Source of the DNA: a virus
Length of the DNA: 64,000 nucleotides
IMG/VR virus record: IMGVR_UViG_3300025030_000051
Coordinates: 1 to 64,000 of that record
Strand: one strand, 5' to 3'
Positions within the stretch are counted from its first letter, which is position 1. Every line of letters begins with the position of its first letter. The position numbers and the translations under genes were made by a program. Positions 8,885 through 18,896 of this stretch are shown piece after piece. The notes under the pieces are model-generated. The model was not told where the DNA came from. It searched no databases and worked only from the letters and a program-made list of their open reading frames with translations.

Positions 8885-9880
8885 TTATTTTATAGTTTGA
8901 ATAGGTATGTTAAAAATTATTCTGCTTCCCCTTTCTTCAATTCTGAATGGAAACTCAAAATAGCCGTTCAGTGATTTTCTTAACTGATCCTGTAGTTTCT
9001 TGCGGCAGTAAAGAATACAAAAACCACCACCACCTGCACCACTGATCTTACCTCCAGACGCTCCATTTTCAATTGCCAATTTATACAATTTATCAATTTC
9101 ATTATTAGTAATAGTAGAAGCAAATTGCTTTTTAATATACCAGTTTTTATCTAACGTTTTACCAATATTATCAATATTTTTATTCATTTCTAAATCGTCA
9201 TACAAGTTCAGCGTCAATTCTCTCAAATCATTTAATATTTTAACGTTCTTATTTATGTTTTCTCTTTGTTCAGTTAGAATGAAACCAGCCTTCCTTGAAA
9301 CATTAGTAAAGTATAAAAGTAAATTTTCCTCCAGTTGTCTTATTTCATTCGATTTAAGATTTATTTTTTTAACTTCAACTGAGCCATCTGAATTAAATCT
9401 TATAAAATTAACGTTGCCATAAGCACATTGAAACTGATCTTGTTTTCCAATAGGCTTTTTAAGTATGTCAATTTCTATTTTGCAAGCATATTCTGCAAGT
9501 TGTTGAGTAGATATCGAATTTCCAAGATAAGTATAAAAAGCATTCAATAATCCTACTGTCATTGAAGAACTAGTTCCCAATCCTACTCCCTCGTGCGGTG
9601 CATCAGATAAAATACTTACATCAAATCCATTTTTTAATCCTGAAAATATAGCAGTTTCTCTAATCAAATCGTGTCTAATTTCATTTATATTATTAACAAT
9701 TTCTGAATTATGATAATAACATCCTATTTTATTATCAAATCTTTCTTTGATAATTACATAAACATATTTGTTTATAGTTGTAGATATTACACAACCAAAA
9801 TCATTATATTTATAATAATTGAAGAAATCTGTCCCTCCTCCACAAACACTTATTCTCATTGGTGTTTGACTGATAATCAA
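8885..9880 (-). CDS. hddA: GHMP kinase, D-glycero-alpha-D-manno-heptose-7-phosphate kinase-like
   Basis: TPMRIS..GGGTD, P..GVGLGTSS, GKQDQ, GGKISGAGGGGF. Confidence 0.85.
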   Translation of the reverse strand: MIISQTPMRISVCGGGTDFFNYYKYNDFGCVISTTINKYVYVIIKERFDNKIGCYYHNSEIVNNINEIRHDLIRETAIFSGLKNGFDVSILSDAPHEGVGLGTSSSMTVGLLNAFYTYLGNSISTQQLAEYACKIEIDILKKPIGKQDQFQCAYGNVNFIRFNSDGSVEVKKINLKSNEIRQLEENLLLYFTNVSRKAGFILTEQRENINKNVKILNDLRELTLNLYDDLEMNKNIDNIGKTLDKNWYIKKQFASTITNNEIDKLYKLAIENGASGGKISGAGGGGFCILYCRKKLQDQLRKSLNGYFEFPFRIEERGSRIIFNIPIQTIK

Positions 9881-10833
9881 GCTATCTTCTCCAATATCAA
9901 ATTATTTTTATCAAATGCATTTATTCTTATAAATTCACAATTTAGATATTTGATAATTTCTTGTTCTCTATTTAATTCTTTTTGTTTTAAATTACCAAAT
10001 TTATCATAATGATGTTTTTCATAAAATTCAATAACTGTGTTCTGTTTTTCATCATAAGCGTCTAAAAAATAACCCAATTTTGTAATTGCAAATTTACCAT
10101 TATATAAAGCGTGCTGAAAATTAAAATTATAATACATATTAATCCAATTAAAAATTTCACAAGCAGATTCATTATAACTTTGCCAAAACCAAGTTCCATT
10201 TCTTTTACGTTTATTAATTAAGTCTATTCTTTTTTGTTTACAAAATTCTTGATATTTTTTATCAGCAATTTCTTTTCCATATTTTTCTAACCATTTGTCA
10301 TAAACAGATATTCCATACATTGGATTATTTGTTCCTGAATTACTTTTTGAGTTTTTTTCATTCATTTCTTTTTGTAAATCATTAGCTTTTTCTAATCCAT
10401 GTTTATTTATCCATACATCTTTAACAGATTTTCTATACATACCATTTTTATCACCTTTTAATAAATAACCTTTTCCATACATTGGATTATTTTTGCCAGA
10501 TGTTGCTTTTCTTAATTTATTTTTAATATTTTTTCCTTTTTCTTCGCCATATAATTCCTCGACAGTTTTTCCTTTACGTAGCTTACTAAAATATTTTTTT
10601 AAAATCATCCCTTCTTTAGATTGATAAAAAATTTTTAAACTTTTAGAACCTTTTTCTCCAATTTGTTTATATAATTCTTTAGATCTATTTTTATTATTTT
10701 GACTTGTTACGCAACTTTTACATAATGCATTTTTATTTATTCCATTTTTATAAGTATATTCATTCTTATAAACTATTTCCTTTTTACATTTAAGATTATT
10801 ATTTGGATTTGAGCACATTCTTTTGTAAATCAT
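9877..10833 (-). CDS. zinc-ribbon / NUMOD3-like / Vsr-DUF559-type putative homing endonuclease (paralog 1)
   Basis: CSNPNNNLKC...CKSC, SGKNNPMYG repeats, C-terminal QHAL..G...GYFLDAYD...IEFYEKHH. Confidence 0.7.
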   Translation of the reverse strand: MIYKRMCSNPNNNLKCKKEIVYKNEYTYKNGINKNALCKSCVTSQNNKNRSKELYKQIGEKGSKSLKIFYQSKEGMILKKYFSKLRKGKTVEELYGEEKGKNIKNKLRKATSGKNNPMYGKGYLLKGDKNGMYRKSVKDVWINKHGLEKANDLQKEMNEKNSKSNSGTNNPMYGISVYDKWLEKYGKEIADKKYQEFCKQKRIDLINKRKRNGTWFWQSYNESACEIFNWINMYYNFNFQHALYNGKFAITKLGYFLDAYDEKQNTVIEFYEKHHYDKFGNLKQKELNREQEIIKYLNCEFIRINAFDKNNLILEKIA

Positions 10834-10963
10834 TTAATTTCTCCATTAAAATTATACTCACCCATTTAGAAATTTTTAATGAATTTTCATTACAATATTT
10901 CTTTACTTTTAAATAGATTTCTTCATCTATTCTTGTGGGTCTTGATTTATATTTAGCTTTCAT
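10799..10963 (-). CDS. small ribbon-helix-helix-like DNA-binding protein (54 aa, not in ORF track)
   Basis: MKAKYKSRPTRIDEEIYLKVKKYCNENSLKISKWVSIILMEKL...; TATATTTATAT motif 2 nt upstream of ATG. Confidence 0.65.
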   Translation of the reverse strand: MKAKYKSRPTRIDEEIYLKVKKYCNENSLKISKWVSIILMEKLNDLQKNVLKSK

Positions 10964-11088
10964 ACATATAAATATAAAATTTTATAAAATGTAATCAAAA
11001 AATTACTTTATGATTTAAAAAATAAATGCTCTCAAAATTATAAACCAAAATTATAAAATTAAGAGCATCTTTGATAACTGGACTTGAA

Positions 11089-11283
11089 TTATTGGTTAAT
11101 CCACTGTTTTCCAAGCTTCGTAATCATGTAGTCTCCAGGATTGACTCTTTCTAAAAGACCTTGGTTTTCTAATCTTCTTGCTGTTCTCATAACAGTTCCA
11201 TGAAGATCATTAACTGATTTGTTGAAAACAACATCATTTTTAGCTAAGTAATTAAGGATTCTCTCAGAATAGGTGAGTTTCAT
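11089..11283 (-). CDS. small winged-helix-like protein
   Basis: ILNYL...TVMRTARRLENQGLLER...YMITKLG. Confidence 0.55.
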   Translation of the reverse strand: MKLTYSERILNYLAKNDVVFNKSVNDLHGTVMRTARRLENQGLLERVNPGDYMITKLGKQWINQ

Positions 11284-11335
11284 ATATGACCTTTATTATT
11301 TATTTATAATTATGTTAGTTATTAATAAATATTAT

Positions 11336-11542
11336 TTAAAATTCATTAAATTCATTTTTTATTTTACCTACTACTTGAATTTTCATATTATTACACAGTT
11401 CTTCAATATAATTAAACGTTTTAAAAATAATATGTTTGTAACTATAATCTAAAAACGGAGCTCCAAATGCAACTCCATATGGAACAAAAAACTGATCAAT
11501 AGAATAAATAAATTTTTCAGTATTAATTTCTAATAATTTCAA
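11336..11542 (-). CDS. hypothetical micro-protein
   Basis: ORF track. Confidence 0.4.
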   Translation of the reverse strand: MKLLEINTEKFIYSIDQFFVPYGVAFGAPFLDYSYKHIIFKTFNYIEELCNNMKIQVVGKIKNEFNEF

Positions 11543-11688
11543 GTTTACTCATTTTTAAATTATTACAAAAGTGCAAATTCAAACTCTGATTGACTTTTAA
11601 ACCCACTAGTATCCATTCTGAATACATTTCCCAAATAAAATGTTACTAAAATAAGTAGCTTTTATAAATCACTTAAAGTCCTATTATT

Positions 11689-12444
11689 TTAGTTTATTAA
11701 AAATTTTACTTTATGTTTTTCTGATAAATTATTAAACGTTCCATATTGAGTAATGTCACTAACATTTTCGCCCGTTATAATTGTATTTATTGGCAAATCA
11801 AAATCCCAAATTATGCCCATCATATTAAACAAAAAGTTATTAGTACTAGTTAGTCTAAATCTTCCAACTTTTTTAACAACTGTGGTAATAGTTTCACTTA
11901 GTGCTGATGCTGTTGCAAATGTAAGTTCTCCATTAGTAACACCTATCCCAGCAGCCGGAACATTAATAAGTTCACTTGAATTAGCAATATAAATAAATGA
12001 TAATGTACCAGTAATTCCAGTACCTGTATTGAAAATACACTGATAAGCTGTCATCATAAAAGATCCAGAATTGGCTGATATATTAACATCAAATTCAAAA
12101 TTTTTTGAATCTATAAACTCACTATTTACTATTTTCATTGTATAAGCAACACTTGTTGTGTAATCAAAAGAAAATGTACGAGGCATAGTTACTATATGAA
12201 TTCTTGGATTATCTGTACCACTAAAATCACCAGCCCATTTATCAAAAACATATGGTGAATTTATGATAGCTCTAAACGTAACAGTATCTCCTAACTGAAA
12301 TGTAGCAGTTACTGGAACGTCATATATATTTTCGATTCCTGAATTTATTTTTATTCCAATTTTTCTTTGAACCTGCGGTTCTGACGAACATTGGAATAGT
12401 ATAAAAATAAATAAAAAAATAAATATGTTAAATATCTTTTTCAT
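11689..12444 (-). CDS. lipoprotein with beta-rich extracellular domains
   Basis: MKK, hydrophobic stretch, LFQC lipobox; YVFDKWAGD InlB-B-like segment; GGAG RBS. Confidence 0.65.
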   Translation of the reverse strand: MKKIFNIFIFLFIFILFQCSSEPQVQRKIGIKINSGIENIYDVPVTATFQLGDTVTFRAIINSPYVFDKWAGDFSGTDNPRIHIVTMPRTFSFDYTTSVAYTMKIVNSEFIDSKNFEFDVNISANSGSFMMTAYQCIFNTGTGITGTLSFIYIANSSELINVPAAGIGVTNGELTFATASALSETITTVVKKVGRFRLTSTNNFLFNMMGIIWDFDLPINTIITGENVSDITQYGTFNNLSEKHKVKFLIN

Positions 12445-12468
12445 TATTTCAACTCCTATTATTTATTA

Positions 12469-12966
12469 TTAAATTCCATAAAATCCTCTATAATACTGCT
12501 TAAACATTGGTTCTGCATATATTTTTTCTAAAGAAAGCACATTATAAATTATATCTTTAAATTTTTCTTCATCTATTCCATAATATTCTATTTTTTTAAT
12601 TAAAATTTCTATTATATCTTTTGGCGTCATTTTATTTTTATTTTCTAAAAGAATTTGTTTTATAGAATTTCTTAAAATATCTCTACTTTTACCTTTTCTA
12701 TATATGAGTTTTTCACTATTCTTAATCATTTTTTTTGCGTAAAGTTTTTCAAGCATTAAAACTTGACCAAAAATAATAAAATTAATAAATGGTTTTAAAT
12801 TAGAAATATCTCCATTAGAAAGAATAGAATATATATCTTTAATATCTATATTGCATCCAAATGTAGTAACAAAACTAAGAAGCTTTTTAACATCGTTAGA
12901 AATAATATCGCTGTTTTCTTTTTCAATATTATTAAGAGAAATATTTAATTCAAATATATTTTTCAT
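12469..12966 (-). CDS. hypothetical protein with possible C-terminal winged helix
   Basis: Likely start MKNIFEL; IKQILLENKNKMTPKDIIEIL. Confidence 0.5.
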   Translation of the reverse strand: MKNIFELNISLNNIEKENSDIISNDVKKLLSFVTTFGCNIDIKDIYSILSNGDISNLKPFINFIIFGQVLMLEKLYAKKMIKNSEKLIYRKGKSRDILRNSIKQILLENKNKMTPKDIIEILIKKIEYYGIDEEKFKDIIYNVLSLEKIYAEPMFKQYYRGFYGI

Positions 12967-12997
12967 ATAAAATAACCTTAAAAGAAGAGTATGAAAA

Positions 12998-13333
12998 TTA
13001 ACCAACTAGTTCTTTTGTAGCCTTAGATTGATTATTCTGAACAGATTGTTTCAATTGTTTAAGTGCCTCATTAACAAAAACACTTAGTAATCCTAATCCA
13101 AAAAGTAACCAAAAACTTAATCCCGAATTTAATAATAATCCTGTCAACCATGCAACCGAAGCAGATAGTAGAGGTACAATTACTCCTACTATAATGAATC
13201 CACTGATACCAGAAGCCTTTAATTTATTTACTGCCCATGTAGCTAACCAAACAACTACAGGTGTTAATATAACGACTAATTCTTGTGGTAAAATAATTAT
13301 TGCTGCTAAAATTAACAAAAATAATGTAATCAC
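12998..13333 (-). CDS. multi-TM membrane protein (holin-like)
   Basis: 3-4 hydrophobic segments, charged C-tail, GGAG RBS. Confidence 0.55.
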   Translation of the reverse strand: MITLFLLILAAIIILPQELVVILTPVVVWLATWAVNKLKASGISGFIIVGVIVPLLSASVAWLTGLLLNSGLSFWLLFGLGLLSVFVNEALKQLKQSVQNNQSKATKELVG

Positions 13334-13466
13334 TTTATTTTCTCCTTTTTTATTTATAGTTATTTATTGTTTTTATAGTCATAAAAAGTAAAATTTATTT
13401 TTTATAAAATGTTTTTATTTTTTTTAATACATTTGCAAAAATACTGTTATAAATTGTATTTTATTG

Positions 13467-13739
13467 CTAATCATATAATTTTATTCCTAAAAATGTTCCA
13501 AGCCAAAAGCCTAAAATAGCTGCTAACAATAAGATGTTGTTTATTTCTATTATTCCTAAAATTGTTATTGAACTACATAAAAATATCATAACTGAATAGT
13601 TTGCAGCTTTAATTGCGTTTCGATCTACTGTCTTTCTTACCCAAAAAACATAAAAAATATCTACAAAAAAAGATATAATAAATATAACAAAAAATTGAAC
13701 AACAAATGGTAAACTATATAAAAAATTTCTTAAAAACAT
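13467..13739 (-). CDS. small membrane protein
   Basis: Three hydrophobic segments, G.WLGT. Confidence 0.6.
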   Translation of the reverse strand: MFLRNFLYSLPFVVQFFVIFIISFFVDIFYVFWVRKTVDRNAIKAANYSVMIFLCSSITILGIIEINNILLLAAILGFWLGTFLGIKLYD

Positions 13740-13824
13740 TTTAATATTTATGATTTGAAAAATTATTTTTTTAATGTAAAGCTGTTAATCAAATAATTCT
13801 AATAGTAAATAAAAATCATCATTT

Positions 13825-14085
13825 TTACTTTTTTAATTTCAGATGTTGTATTAATAATTCTTCAAAATATTTTTTAGTTACTTCAATTTTAAGATCTTTG
13901 ATATCACATTTACTACACTTTCTATCCTCTACAATATAGTCATCATTAATTTTATATTTAGAATTACCCAATATATTACTGTATTTCTTAATCAAAAATA
14001 TTAAATTAGATGCTTTTATAGACTTAATTCTCCTCCAGTGATGAATTCCTACAAGACAAAATATACTTTTCATTAGGTTCTTCAA
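13825..14085 (-). CDS. hypothetical protein (C..G.H.W / CxxC)
   Basis: ORF track. Confidence 0.55.
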   Translation of the reverse strand: MKNLMKSIFCLVGIHHWRRIKSIKASNLIFLIKKYSNILGNSKYKINDDYIVEDRKCSKCDIKDLKIEVTKKYFEELLIQHLKLKK

Positions 14086-14147
14086 TATTCGTTTTATTGA
14101 TTATTGTATAACCATAAGTACTCCAAATGATGTTCTCATTAAAACTA

Positions 14148-14651
14148 CTACATTTCATTTAATCTATTTTTATAATCTTTTGCGCATGCCTGTAAATGCT
14201 TACATAAAAATGTTTTCATTTTTGGATTCATAACAACAGGTTCTGCACCATTTGAATTAATAATTCTACTTGCATCTTCTTTATTTAATGAGACTTCAAG
14301 AGTATACAAAAAGTTTTTACAGTCACACCACACTAAAACTGAACTATTAATATTTGGATTCAAATTAAAAATCTTTCCACTTTTATCAGTAAGTGGATTT
14401 AACGGAATTATATATGGTCTATGAATATTTCCATTGCTATTGGTAAAAGTACTATACTGGTATTTTCCCTTGTTGCTGATTGTTTCTAATTTTACAGTAA
14501 TATCATTATTGGCTCTTTTTTTAATTTTTCTTGGAGTAAAGTTATATAACTGAATTATAGACTTTCTCTCATTTAAAATCTTGCGTATTTCCTCATAAAT
14601 AATTTTTCTAATGTCTATCATAATTGAGAAATTATTTTTTATCATAATCAT
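14148..14651 (-). CDS. SWIM zinc-finger protein
   Basis: VWCDCKNF...LCKHL. Confidence 0.65.
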   Translation of the reverse strand: MIMIKNNFSIMIDIRKIIYEEIRKILNERKSIIQLYNFTPRKIKKRANNDITVKLETISNKGKYQYSTFTNSNGNIHRPYIIPLNPLTDKSGKIFNLNPNINSSVLVWCDCKNFLYTLEVSLNKEDASRIINSNGAEPVVMNPKMKTFLCKHLQACAKDYKNRLNEM

Positions 14652-15104
14652 TTTTCATATAATTTTTAATTAATAACTGAATATTAAAATATAAATTATT
14701 ATATAATAGATATGGAGACATTATTCTTGTTTTTTCTAATAATTTTAAATAAACTTCATCTTTAATTTTAATACGAATTGTTTCAGATATTTTCATTAAA
14801 CATTCTTATTAAATATACTGTATGCCATCATCTATTATTGTCATTATAATATAAACTCTTAATATTTTTTTGTTTCATATATGTTAAAGAATTAACATAA
14901 ATATTTCTATATAAATCATTTTTTAATCTATTCCAAATATTCATACATTCGCTATATAAAATTTTTTCATAAAAAGTTTCACTTAATTTTTTATGAAATT
15001 TTTTCAAATTTTTATATAATATTTTTATTTTTTATCATATATATTCTTAGTAAGAATCTAGCTTATATTCTAAAATCTTAGTTTTATTCATTACACAATA
15101 AGAA

Positions 15105-15218
15105 TAAAATTGCCCAGTCATTTTATTGCTATAACCGATAGAACTATCTAATTGACTGGGCATGAACTTGAATCTAAGTTCCATTTATTTTTAGCTTTGC
15201 CTATCGGGAACGACTATT
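15105..15218 (-). ncRNA. candidate structured (pseudoknotted) ncRNA or attenuator
   Basis: Preceded by TATATTTATAT (15221-15231); CCGATAG/CTATCGG and TGCCCAGTCA/TGACTGGGCA pairings interleave; ends in U-run. Confidence 0.5.
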
Positions 15219-15317
15219 ATATATAAATATAAGGAAATTTTCTAATTATTTAAATCATTTTTCACAAATAAAACAGAAAGAGAAATTCATTTGTTTCTTG
15301 TTTTCTATATTTTATCA

Positions 15318-16058
15318 TCATTTTATTCTTAAAATATTGTTATACAAAATTATCATATTTTCATCTAATTTTTCATCAATGTGAAAATGTCCACATAGCC
15401 ATTTTTTATAACTACCTCTTATTCTTTCAAAGATAGTATCTAAATATTTAGACACTGGACAGTTTGCCTTTTCAACGAATCTTGTAAAACGATCTATCAT
15501 CAGTTTTGGCATTGTATGAGTAATGATATAATCAACTTCATAATTATATTTCTCTAACTCATCTAATCCAAATTGCATTTCTTTGTAAGAAGGAACCTCT
15601 TCTGACCACCAAGATATACCAATTCTTCTTTGTAGTTTATCAATAGACTCAGCGCCACCAAACATCCAAAATTTAAGATGATCAAAATCATAAACATAAC
15701 CATTCTTCAGATAAAAGACTTTATTAGAAATTTGAGCGGCTTTTCCATTACAAAAATCTATTAATGGATATTGTTCTAATCTATTATAATTTTCATGATT
15801 TCCAGCTATGAATAAAGTATAAAATGGTTTTTTGTCTAACCATTCTAACCAATATCTTTCAGTTTTATTTTTTTCATTATTGTCCCATATTAAACCAAAG
15901 TCTCCAACTTGAATTAAAATATTATTTCCTTTTAAATCTTTTTGATCTGGAAAATTATTTCCATTTAATTTAGAAATTTCCATTTCTCCATGCAGATCTC
16001 CACAAACAAAAATTTTATTTATATTTTTTATTATTATTTGATTTTTTTGCAATAGCAC
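15318..16058 (-). CDS. calcineurin-like metallophosphoesterase
   Basis: GDLHG, GDFG, GNHEN, THT, GHFH. Confidence 0.9.
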   Translation of the reverse strand: MLLQKNQIIIKNINKIFVCGDLHGEMEISKLNGNNFPDQKDLKGNNILIQVGDFGLIWDNNEKNKTERYWLEWLDKKPFYTLFIAGNHENYNRLEQYPLIDFCNGKAAQISNKVFYLKNGYVYDFDHLKFWMFGGAESIDKLQRRIGISWWSEEVPSYKEMQFGLDELEKYNYEVDYIITHTMPKLMIDRFTRFVEKANCPVSKYLDTIFERIRGSYKKWLCGHFHIDEKLDENMIILYNNILRIK

Positions 16059-16079
16059 GCTTTACAATTAATAAAAATT

Positions 16080-16346
16080 TTATAATAACTTATTTTGAAT
16101 TAACATTTTCTTTGGAGCTTCTTTCCAGCCACCATTATTATTTTCTCTATTAATAACAGATTTTTTAACTAAAATACATTGTGGCATGTCAAAATAAAAT
16201 ATTTCACTTGGTTTTCCTTCTAAAAGTTTATCACTTTGAATGCCAATTCTGTTACAGCCATTTAAATATTCTGTATTAGAAGTAACTATTCCAGAAAATC
16301 CAGTAACTGAATCTTTAACTTTATCGCCAAGATTTATTTTTTCCAT
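16080..16346 (-). CDS. conserved phage protein
   Basis: LGDKVKD.VTGFSGIVT...YLNGC motif; GAGG RBS. Confidence 0.7.
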   Translation of the reverse strand: MEKINLGDKVKDSVTGFSGIVTSNTEYLNGCNRIGIQSDKLLEGKPSEIFYFDMPQCILVKKSVINRENNNGGWKEAPKKMLIQNKLL

Positions 16347-16929
16347 ATTATATCCTCTTTATTTTTAAATTTTATATGAAAGATGAATATTTTTAGTAAT
16401 AGTATTGTCTACAATAACTCTATTCATATACTTTCTAGCTAAAAATTCACCTAAAAAGAAATTTTGAATCTTTATAAACATTTTTTCTTCAACTTCAGAC
16501 AGTTCTTTTCTTATATCACTTGTTTTTGATTTCATAAATAATGAACATCGGTTATATGATGATGAAAAATAATAACGACGAACTTTATAAAGCCAATCTT
16601 TCGTAAATCATTATTAACACAGCCCGTAATCTTCTTCTGATCTATATAAGTCATCTATTTTTTTTAATGAGTGTGTAAATTTATAATATAAAAAAGCTAT
16701 TGAAACTGATGCTATTATAAATCCAGACAATAGAATAAATTTATGTTTCATTGACTATACCATATTGTAAATATAGTAAATATAGCCCATCCGGCTATCC
16801 CAGGAAATTACTTTTCCCATTCTTTTTTCTTCTTTCATTATTTTTCTCCTTTCAAGTTAAGTATTAGTTCTTAAGAAAAATTGCTTTCAGATTTTGGCTC
16901 GAATCCCAAGTTATCAGTTTGACTTTTGG

Positions 16930-17340
16930 TTATCGTCTTATTAACATATAAGTAATGTTGTTTGCTGTTCCAACTTTCTCTATCCTGTTCGGCACAAGTC
17001 CACTATTCGCAAAATATTGGTTGTCGTTTTCTTCTCTATAAACGATTAACATATATTTGCTGCTCATTTCCATACTAAAATAATTTATATGGTCTGTTAT
17101 TTTTTCATCAACCATTTTAGCGTTAATGTATGCCTGCACCTCTGCTCTACTATCCCAATCTTTACTATCTGTTAAATATTGATCATAGCCCGCCAAAAGC
17201 AAACTAACTTGCGCATCAAGCGGAATACTTTCTTGAGCGGCTAATTCTTTTAGTTTAACAAATGATTCATTGTTAATCAATAATCCAGCTTCACATTCAT
17301 AATTACAAAGTTCAAGTTGTTTAACTATTTCTCGTAACAT
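16930..17340 (-). CDS. hypothetical protein containing an attC-like arm
   Basis: ORF track; SIPLDAQVS encoded by the arm; stop lies in + strand GTTATCG. Confidence 0.65.
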   Translation of the reverse strand: MLREIVKQLELCNYECEAGLLINNESFVKLKELAAQESIPLDAQVSLLLAGYDQYLTDSKDWDSRAEVQAYINAKMVDEKITDHINYFSMEMSSKYMLIVYREENDNQYFANSGLVPNRIEKVGTANNITYMLIRR

Positions 17341-17397
17341 TATTTTACTCTTTTAGTTTATTTAATAAATTTCCGCATCTCAATTTTAGAGTTATCC
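17202..17397 (+). mobile_element. long attC-like site
   Basis: AACTAAC-TTGCG-CATCAAGCGGAA ... TTCCGCATCTCAAT-TTTAGA-GTTATCC. Confidence 0.55.
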
Positions 17398-17496
17398 TTT
17401 GTTCTCCACTTAATCTTTCTTCTTCCTATTTTAATTTTCATATGAAATAATAACAGCGGATTTAAAGTCACATATATTTTATAAACTTCATTCATT

Positions 17497-17703
17497 CTAT
17501 TCATTCTTTAATTTTTCTAAATAAAACTGAATTCTAACTATTTCGTCGTTTGTTGTTTCAAGATATTTTTTTCCGTTTTGGTTAAAACATTCAAGATCGT
17601 TCATCAAGTAATCGTATAAGTCTTTTATCCTATTTATTTGGTTTATCTTACAGTCAATAAATGATTCTCTTGTTTCTCCAAAAGGAATTTTGATAATTTT
17701 CAT
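17497..17703 (-). CDS. hypothetical protein
   Basis: ORF track; AGGA RBS. Confidence 0.6.
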   Translation of the reverse strand: MKIIKIPFGETRESFIDCKINQINRIKDLYDYLMNDLECFNQNGKKYLETTNDEIVRIQFYLEKLKNE

Positions 17704-18221
17704 TTTATAATTCCTTTTTTCTTAGCCCACTCTACTGTATCAGTATACAAATAGAATGGTGTTTTTCCAGAAAATTTTGGATTTAGCATCTGAACATCTC
17801 TGATATCAAATTTTTTATTTTTAATGATGCTTGGTTTTTCAAATTCTCTGTATTTTTTATTCATCTCTTTTTATTCTTTCTGGATTATAGTTATATGACT
17901 TCTGTTTTTAATGGACGTTTACATTCAAGAATTATTTTTTTTATTTCTTCTGTTTTCCACCAATCAGCTTTGTTCATCTCAACTGTAGTCTCTATACATC
18001 TTAGTGCCGTATATAATTGCGATTGATCATTTGGGAACGACATATAATCAGCATTTCCAGCCGACAGTCCTTGTTGTTCAGCTTTTTAAGTTCCTCCTTT
18101 CTTTCCTTTTCTTCCTGCTTTTCTTGTAAAGTTGAAACTAATCCGTTAAATCCCATTCCATCTTCTATTTCAGTTCTCATTTAAGTTTTACTCCTATGTC
18201 AAATTTCTAAATTTCTTCCTG

Positions 18222-18243
18222 ACTGCGGCTGAAACGCCGCAGT
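18222..18243. terminator. GC-rich hairpin
   Basis: ACTGCGGC-TGAAAC-GCCGCAGT perfect 8-bp stem; no clear U-tract. Confidence 0.45.
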
Positions 18244-18288
18244 GTCTCTATTCACAATATCGTGTTTTACATATAGCATTTAACATTA

Positions 18289-18558
18289 TTAATCATATGT
18301 CTTAAACATTTTACCGTAGACAAAAACATTATCGATAACCATTTCACTTCCTTGATGGAATGAAAACTTTTTAGCATCATTACTGAGATTATATTTTACA
18401 TCATCAATTGTTCTTCCATCAAGTCTTCTTGCAACATATTCTTTATTTTGAATTCTTTCAATTATAAAAAATACTGTATCTCCATTATTAAATTTAAAAA
18501 CGTCTCCCTCGCTTAACTGATCGGGTTCGTTTACGTGTTTTACTTCAATTCTTATCAT
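18289..18558 (-). CDS. hypothetical protein
   Basis: ORF track; AGGA RBS. Confidence 0.6.
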   Translation of the reverse strand: MIRIEVKHVNEPDQLSEGDVFKFNNGDTVFFIIERIQNKEYVARRLDGRTIDDVKYNLSNDAKKFSFHQGSEMVIDNVFVYGKMFKTYD

Positions 18559-18583
18559 AATTGTTCCTTTTTTTATTTGTTTT

Positions 18584-18775
18584 TTATAATGATACTTTAA
18601 TTTCTTCTAGTTCAATTTTTGATATATCAACTTCATACCGACAAAATCTTAGAGATTCATTATAAGTATCAATAGAAATTAATCCTTTGTCATAAAGTTC
18701 TTTTAATAAATCAATTCGACTCACATTCTTAGAAACTTTTTCCTGCCACAGTTCTAATTTTTTAAATTTATTCAT
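18584..18775 (-). CDS. hypothetical protein
   Basis: ORF downstream of promoter 18814-18842. Confidence 0.55.
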   Translation of the reverse strand: MNKFKKLELWQEKVSKNVSRIDLLKELYDKGLISIDTYNESLRFCRYEVDISKIELEEIKVSL

Positions 18776-18896
18776 TTTTAATCATTTTGTATTATATTAT
18801 TATTAATTTTGTAAAAATAAACAAAAAAAACATAAAAGTAAATAAGTTTTAAAAATATTTTTTAAACATAGAAGCATAAAAAACCTGTAATTTTAG

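Noticed and set aside
15105-15218. c-di-GMP-I riboswitch or HDV/theta ribozyme
   Set aside because: GGCAAA is present but the rest of the GEMM consensus is missing; HDV L3/P1.1 residues are absent.
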